A stretch of DNA of 23,060 nt from a virus (lineage: Duplodnaviria; Heunggongvirae; Uroviricota; Caudoviricetes). The stretch covers positions 1 through 23,060 of IMG/VR virus record IMGVR_UViG_2690316115_000020, one strand, 5' to 3'. Below, one piece after another: positions 18,753-23,060 of the stretch. A model generated the notes under the pieces. That model did not search any database and had not been told where the DNA came from. It saw only the letters and a list, made by a program, of their open reading frames with translations. Within the stretch, counting starts at the first letter, position 1; each line of letters begins with the position of its first letter. The position numbers were made by a program, and so were the translations under genes.

Positions 18753-19189
18753 TTTCCGAATAGATTGCTCATCGGTGATGTTTCAATCTGGATTGCGCCG
18801 CCGTCTTTGCCTGTTAGCTCGTGATCAACCTTGTCGCGCCATTTATCCTTCTGTCGGTTCTTAAGCCAGAAGATGGCGGCGGTTGTATCAGGCGGGTAAT
18901 ACTTCTCAAGCGGAGTTTCGACAATTCTGTTTTCAATAACACGAATATCGATGTCTGGAGCCACGAAGCCCATAGCGCGTTGATAAAGACGGTCACTAAC
19001 TTCTGCATCAGCGACGGCCTTACCCTTTTTTATGGACTCCGAAAACTCAGGATAATCAAGCTTCCACTTGTTAATAGTTGACTCACTGACTTCGAAGAAA
19101 TCAGCAAGCTCTGCATCGGTGTAGCCCAGCAAGCACAGTTTGCGTGCCTGTTCGGCGTACGCCTCTTGATACTTTGTTGGGCGCGCCAT
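18749..19189 (-). CDS. Terminase small subunit
   Basis: 146 aa immediately upstream of and overlapping the large terminase gene; helix-turn-helix-like N-terminal region (AELADFFEVSESTINKWK). Confidence 0.75.
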   Translation of the reverse strand: MARPTKYQEAYAEQARKLCLLGYTDAELADFFEVSESTINKWKLDYPEFSESIKKGKAVADAEVSDRLYQRAMGFVAPDIDIRVIENRIVETPLEKYYPPDTTAAIFWLKNRQKDKWRDKVDHELTGKDGGAIQIETSPMSNLFGK

Positions 19190-19191
19190 GT

Positions 19192-19434
19192 TTATGCTCC
19201 GGTAGTGAACAGGTCTAACGCTTCCTTCGATTTACGCACCGCTTCGATAGTGCGGGTCGTGATATCTGAATTAGCGCCGCCTGACTGGAAGTGAATTTTG
19301 AATAGCTCAAGCTTCAGCTCGTCAGTACCAATGAACTGAAATGCTTCCTCTGCGGCTGCGTTCTGGTTCATGACCAGTTTGTAAATCTCTAACTGGAATT
19401 TCTGTTCTTCAGTCATGGGAATAATCTCTGCCAT
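19192..19434 (-). CDS. Hypothetical small protein (80 aa) upstream of the terminase genes
   Basis: ORF with GGAG 7 nt upstream of its ATG (minus strand); its stop abuts the terS start. No recognisable motif. Confidence 0.55.
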   Translation of the reverse strand: MAEIIPMTEEQKFQLEIYKLVMNQNAAAEEAFQFIGTDELKLELFKIHFQSGGANSDITTRTIEAVRKSKEALDLFTTGA

Positions 19435-19882
19435 TGTTGGCTCCGTTTATCCGTTAAAAGGGATATCAGTTAAGTTATCCCGTGTAGGGTATAAGCCATT
19501 GTCGAGACCACTCATTGAATGGTCTCTGCAATAACCGATGTCTTTCCATCAGTCCGCCACCACAAAGAATCTTTTTTTGCCATAAGGCAGGAGGTTCATC
19601 TTTCAGTGGCTGCCAGTGTTATTTCCCCACTTTCTGGCTTGGGTTGTTTCGCTGTACTGCCGTAACTGGTTGCCCAGAATAAATTCCGGTTTCATTATCA
19701 AGCCCACCCGTAGATAGGCTTTGTAATGAACTGGCTCTTATCTCAACGCAGCCCCTTACCGCGCGCCAGATGCTCAATATCAAGCATCAGCAATGAGATG
19801 TTTAATCTGGATTCACTCCAGAAGTGATCACCATCCTGTCTACAGAGCCAGATGTGAAGGATGATGAGTAAAATTATCGCTA

Positions 19883-20350
19883 TCATCTAAGGCATTGCGT
19901 CCTGATGTATTCCTGAAGCGCTCTCAGTGCTGTTTGGTCGCGGATAATTCCGTCCCGGATACCGAGAACGTTTCGTCCAGCAACTGGAGAGAGTTCGACG
20001 GTGGCATCATTGCCCATGCCGGAGGCGCTGGAGGTTTCGGCTGAGGATGGCACAGGGCATTTTCCTTTGACGAGCACCCTGCCACCATTATCAAGCTTGC
20101 GCCGAAGAGCATCATTTTCAGCTTTCGCATCAGCTAACTCCTTCGTGTATTTAGCATCGAGTGCATCAGCAGAACGCTGGCGCTGCTGCATGTCAGTAAT
20201 GGTGGCGGTCGCCTGCTTCAGTTCTCTGGCATTTTTGTCGCGCTGGGCTTTGTAGGTAATGGCGTTATCACGGTAATGATTAACAGCCCATGACAGGCAG
20301 ACGATGATGCAGATAACCAGAGCGGAGATAATCGCGGTTAATCTGCTCAT
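19883..20350 (-). CDS. Rz: Rz i-spanin (inner-membrane spanin subunit)
   Basis: 155 aa; N-terminal transmembrane segment ([20 protein letters not shown]) followed by a charged coiled-coil region. Start overlaps the endolysin stop. Contains the embedded Rz1 frame. Confidence 0.9.
   Translation of the reverse strand: MSRLTAIISALVICIIVCLSWAVNHYRDNAITYKAQRDKNARELKQATATITDMQQRQRSADALDAKYTKELADAKAENDALRRKLDNGGRVLVKGKCPVPSSAETSSASGMGNDATVELSPVAGRNVLGIRDGIIRDQTALRALQEYIRTQCLR
19924..20130 (-). CDS. Rz1: Rz1 o-spanin (outer-membrane lipoprotein), embedded out-of-frame within Rz
   Basis: 68-aa ORF entirely inside Rz in another frame; [21 protein letters not shown] has a lipoprotein signal with lipobox VAGC, followed by a proline-rich stretch [16 protein letters not shown]. 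Resembles recalled lambda Rz1 (MLKLKMML...VVGCTS...PPPPPAW). Confidence 0.85.
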   Translation of the reverse strand: MRKLKMMLFGASLIMVAGCSSKENALCHPQPKPPAPPAWAMMPPSNSLQLLDETFSVSGTELSATKQH

Positions 20351-20823
20351 ACCTCAATCTCTCTTACCGTTCCGCCAGCTTCTTTGAATTTTGCAATCAG
20401 GCTGTCAGCCTTATGCTCGAACTGACCGTAACCAGCCCCCGGCAGTGAAGCCCAGATATTGCTGCAACGGTCGATAGCCTGACGAATATCGCCGCGATCA
20501 ATCATTGGTAAAGCGCCACGCTCTTTAATCTGCTGCAGCGCAACAGCGTCCTGGCTTTTGGGAGAGAAGTCTTTCAGGCCAAGCTGCTTACGGTAGGCAT
20601 CCCACCAACGGGAAAGAAGCTGGTAACGTCCGGCTGCTGTTGATTTGAGTTTTGGGTTTAGCGTGACAAGTTTGCGAGGGTGATCGGAGTAATCAGTGAA
20701 TAGCTCTCCGCCTACAATGACGTCATAACCATGATTTCTGGTTTTCTGCCGTCCGTTATCAGTTCCCTCCGACCACGCCAGCATATCGAGGAACGCCTTA
20801 CGTTGATTATTGATTTCCACCAT
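20347..20823 (-). CDS. R: Endolysin, lambda R-type lytic transglycosylase
   Basis: 158 aa; [53 protein letters not shown]... is essentially the lambda R sequence as I recall it, including the catalytic Glu in [10 protein letters not shown]. Confidence 0.95.
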   Translation of the reverse strand: MVEINNQRKAFLDMLAWSEGTDNGRQKTRNHGYDVIVGGELFTDYSDHPRKLVTLNPKLKSTAAGRYQLLSRWWDAYRKQLGLKDFSPKSQDAVALQQIKERGALPMIDRGDIRQAIDRCSNIWASLPGAGYGQFEHKADSLIAKFKEAGGTVREIEV

Positions 20824-21130
20824 CTTCTACTCCGGCTTTTTTAGCAGCGAAGCGTTTGATAAGCGAACCAATCGAGTCAGTACCGATGTAGCCGATGAAC
20901 ACGCTCGTTATATAAGCGAGATTGCTACTTAGTCCGGCGAAGTCGAGAAGGTCACGAATGAACCAGGCGATAATGGCGCACATCGTTGCGTCGATTACTG
21001 TTTTTGTAAACGCACCGCCATTATATCTGCCGCGAAGGTACGCCATTGCAAACGCAAGGATTGCCCCGATGCCTTGTTCCTTTGCCGCGAGAATGGCGGC
21101 TAACAGGTCATGTTTTTCTGGCATCTTCAT
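20807..21130 (-). CDS. S: Holin, lambda S-type, with dual-start motif
   Basis: 107 aa; [62 protein letters not shown]... matches lambda S as recalled. Met1-Lys2-Met3 is the classic antiholin/holin (S107/S105) dual start. The 3' end overlaps the R start by 17 nt, as in lambda. Confidence 0.95.
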   Translation of the reverse strand: MKMPEKHDLLAAILAAKEQGIGAILAFAMAYLRGRYNGGAFTKTVIDATMCAIIAWFIRDLLDFAGLSSNLAYITSVFIGYIGTDSIGSLIKRFAAKKAGVEDGGNQ

Positions 21131-21136
21131 GTCTTA

Positions 21137-21150
21137 CCCCCAATAAGGGG
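21137..21150 (-). promoter_or_regulatory. sdi-like RNA stem-loop at the holin translation start
   Basis: Minus strand CCCC-TTATT-GGGG(G) immediately upstream of the S ATG; the 3' arm forms part of the GGGGGTAAG Shine-Dalgarno. In lambda the equivalent structure is known to control the choice between the Met1 and Met3 starts. Confidence 0.6.
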
Positions 21151-21570
21151 ATTTGCTCTATTTAATTAGGAATAAGGTCGATTACTGATAGAACAAATCC
21201 AGGCTACTGCGTTAAGTAATCAGATTTGTTCGTGACCGATATGCACGGGCAAAACGGCAGGAGGTTGTTAGCGCGACCTCCTGTCACCCGCTTTCACGAA
21301 GATCATGTGTAGAAGGCCGCAGCATAACTATCACTGATGAATTCAGGACATCCAGTGGCTACGGCTCAGTTTGGATTGTGGCGACCGGTGCTGATCTCCG
21401 GTTTGCTGCAACTGCCTACAGCGGGCTACGTGGCCACACCGAATCCAGCGAAAGATTCTTGCCCTTACACATCAGCCTGTGCATTCACCACAACGATAAG
21501 AGCACTGCGCGGCACCTTTCACCAATTCCGCGAGGTCTGAGGGTTCAATGCTCTTACCTGTTGTGCAAAC

Positions 21571-21612
21571 AAAAAAAGCCACCGTTGCAACTTAAGAGTC
21601 ACTAACGGCAGC
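21571..21612 (-). terminator. Candidate tR'-like intrinsic terminator downstream of the late promoter
   Basis: Minus strand: GCTGCCGTT ... AACGGTGGC imperfect 9-bp stem (two G-U pairs, long loop) followed by TTTTTTTG, then TGCACAACAGGTAAGAGCATTGA, which I recall from the lambda tR' / 6S RNA region. Loop length and exact pairing are uncertain. Confidence 0.45.
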
Positions 21613-21622
21613 TTATGCGAAT

Positions 21623-21651
21623 AGTGTTGCTCATTTGCTCAATGATGTCAA
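21623..21651 (-). promoter_or_regulatory. Candidate late promoter pR' (with Q-utilisation site expected nearby)
   Basis: Minus strand TTGACA (21651-21646) starting 6 nt after the Q stop codon, 17-nt spacer, then weak -10-like AACACT (21628-21623). Position between Q and the terminator is as expected for lambdoid late promoters. The -10 is poor, so the assignment is tentative. Confidence 0.3.
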
Positions 21652-21657
21652 CACGTT

Positions 21658-22146
21658 CTACGCTACATGTTTAATTTTCTCTACACGTTTCCGGTTTTTA
21701 AACGCACTATCCAGAACCGGGTAAATCATAAACAACGAGGCATTGAGGATTTCGTCAACTTCCCGACGACAGGTTGCGAGCGATGGTTTTTGAATGCGCC
21801 CGCCGCCCCGGCATAACATCTTGCGAGGTCTTGCGACGCGATGATAGTAAGATGCAATGGCGTGCTTGGAAGAACCGTGGGCGTAGTAGCTGAGGAGGAT
21901 GCCAAAGGCTTTCTTGTCAATGTACATGACGGAATCGACGACCTGAGAAATCAACATTCCATCATCATCATTGCACATCGGCCTTGTCATAACTCTTCCC
22001 GGCTCTACGCTCTCCATGAACTTCGCTATTACGCTGCTCATGCGCTTTTCAAGACGACCTGAATAAACCCATGCTCCCCACAGTTCAAGCCAGCCATTCA
22101 GCCAATCGTGCTGCTCTTTGGTGAGGTTTAGTTCTCTTATGCTCAT
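21658..22146 (-). CDS. Q: Late-gene antiterminator Q (phage-21-type Q family, distinct from lambda Q)
   Basis: 162 aa directly upstream of the late promoter and lysis cassette. Motifs LELWGAWV and TRPMCNDDDGMLI resemble the recalled E. coli prophage Q-family antiterminator QuuD (LERWGAWA, RPQCCDDDAMII). Confidence 0.75.
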   Translation of the reverse strand: MSIRELNLTKEQHDWLNGWLELWGAWVYSGRLEKRMSSVIAKFMESVEPGRVMTRPMCNDDDGMLISQVVDSVMYIDKKAFGILLSYYAHGSSKHAIASYYHRVARPRKMLCRGGGRIQKPSLATCRREVDEILNASLFMIYPVLDSAFKNRKRVEKIKHVA

Positions 22147-22331
22147 CGTCTTCCCCTCTTGCCCTGTTTGACCATCAGGACGCCGTTAACTATTACATGA
22201 CGCTCGCCTTTGCTGTCTCGGTTGTACTTGAGCACTGTTCCTCTTGCGCAGGAAAGCATCCTCGCCACTTCGGTCTGATTGCCTCGTGTCTGGATAAGAA
22301 GCTCTGGTATCGTTTGAATTGTGGCGTTCAT
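22143..22331 (-). CDS. ninH: NinH-like small DNA-binding protein
   Basis: 62 aa; TIPELLIQTRGNQTEVARMLSCARGTVLKYNRDSKGERHVIVNGVLMV matches recalled lambda NinH (TIPDMLVEAYGNQTEVARRLKCSRGTVRKYVDDKDGKMHAIVNDVLMV). Stop overlaps the Q start by 4 nt. Confidence 0.8.
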   Translation of the reverse strand: MNATIQTIPELLIQTRGNQTEVARMLSCARGTVLKYNRDSKGERHVIVNGVLMVKQGKRGRR

Positions 22332-22690
22332 ACGTTCTCCAGTTCGGTGATTTTTATTCCAAGCCTTCCGCCTGGTACTTTCACGCCACGAATTACGCGA
22401 ATGTCATCGAATTGCTCGTCGTCTTCCGCAAATCCGGCGTGGATAAGGGAGTCGAGTAAACCTTTAAGAATGTTGTCGAGGTCGCGGCGGCGGGAGTCTG
22501 GAACGTCTGCGATGACTTTGATTCGTAGTCGTGATTTGGTGAAAATGTCTAACTTGAGTTGGCGGATGATTTGCTGAACGTCTTTTCGGTATTTCTGGCC
22601 TTTATCGCTGATGTAGTATTGGCTTCCCCGTCTTCGCCAGTAGGTGTTCACCGACGGCGGGTATGGAAGCACAAACTGATATTCGTTCAT
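22328..22690 (-). CDS. rusA: RusA-family Holliday junction resolvase
   Basis: 120 aa; LPYPPSVNTYWRRRG...DVPDSRRRDLDNILKGLLDSL...GGRLGIKITE matches the recalled RusA pattern (LPWPPSNNRYY...PDRRRRDLDNLQKA...GGRLELTITE). Confidence 0.85.
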   Translation of the reverse strand: MNEYQFVLPYPPSVNTYWRRRGSQYYISDKGQKYRKDVQQIIRQLKLDIFTKSRLRIKVIADVPDSRRRDLDNILKGLLDSLIHAGFAEDDEQFDDIRVIRGVKVPGGRLGIKITELENV

Positions 22691-22977
22691 GACTTAATCT
22701 TCCCCTCCTTCAGCAGTATCGCCTGCGTCCTGATCACGCCTTCGAGGTGGTAAAGTCTGGCGTCTTTGTTGTCGAGATTATAGGTGCGTCGGTCGATTTC
22801 ATCGTGACACGCGCTACAAGCCCATGCGCCGATCAGGTCGTCAGGCTTCATTCCCGTTCCGCAAATTCCAGCCATCCGGTAATGTGCCAGAACTGTAGTT
22901 TCAGGATTGCCATTGCATACGCCGTAAATACGTACCTGGCATTCTCTGCCGCGTGCTTCTTTGCGTAGATTAGCCAT
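22687..22977 (-). CDS. YbcO-like nin-region protein (DUF1364-type, Cys-rich putative metal-binding nuclease)
   Basis: 96 aa; MANLRKEARGRECQVRIYGVCNGNPETTVLAHYRMAGICGTGMKPDDLIGAWACSACHDEIDRR closely resembles recalled DLP12 YbcO. Conserved Cys/His (C..C...C..CH) are present. Confidence 0.75.
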   Translation of the reverse strand: MANLRKEARGRECQVRIYGVCNGNPETTVLAHYRMAGICGTGMKPDDLIGAWACSACHDEIDRRTYNLDNKDARLYHLEGVIRTQAILLKEGKIKS

Positions 22978-23060
22978 TAAGCAGCCTCCCCTGTTACTTT
23001 CAGCATTCCGTTATCGAGCAGCTTTCTGGTCAGCCACTGTTGACCACGCCCGGTGATTTT
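22977..23060 (-). CDS. 3' end of an upstream nin-region ORF (truncated by window edge), unidentified
   Basis: Minus-strand open frame entering from the right window edge and ending ...KITGRGQQWLTRKLLDNGMLKVTGEAA-stop. Its TAA overlaps the ATG of the YbcO-like gene (TAATG), indicating coupling. Too short to identify. Confidence 0.5.
   Translation of the reverse strand, partial: KITGRGQQWLTRKLLDNGMLKVTGEAA

Noticed and set aside
19612-19671. 19-codon plus-strand GTG-initiated hydrophobic mini-ORF after an AGGAGG sequence in the Rz-orf80 gap
   Set aside because: Too short, on the strand opposite to all surrounding transcription, with a non-ATG start; reported only as part of the unexplained gap.
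21131-21657. Possible phage-encoded tRNA genes between Q and S, as in some lambdoid phages
   Set aside because: The segment reads as lambda-like untranslated leader; no acceptor-stem/T-loop (GTTC) architecture noticed by eye. Not formally scanned.
1-23060. CRISPR array or other tandem direct repeats
   Set aside because: No regularly spaced direct repeats seen anywhere in the window.

Overview
This window reads as the left arm of a P22/Sf6-like (Lederbergvirus-type) lambdoid prophage, entered at the integrase start codon. It holds a P4/IntS-type integrase (+ strand), then an AT-rich cargo gene, then a ~19 kb minus-strand late region running convergently toward it: a nin-region fragment (YbcO-like, RusA, NinH), Q antiterminator, a lambda-type lysis cassette (S, R, Rz/Rz1), terminase small and large subunits, portal, scaffold, coat, gp4, gp10, tail needle, gp14-like, ejection proteins gp7/gp20/gp16, and the tailspike. 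The most interesting element is the 475-aa cargo ORF (1376..2803), which sits where these phages usually carry O-antigen-modifying genes. By eye it carries motifs in the order and spacing of the asparagine synthetase (AsnB) family, but it lacks the N-terminal Cys nucleophile and has a degenerate PP-loop (TAGIDS instead of SGGxDS). The tailspike keeps a P22-type head-binding N-terminus fused to a different, long beta-helix-type receptor-binding domain. All calls rest on reading the sequence and recalled family signatures; no searches or computations were run.
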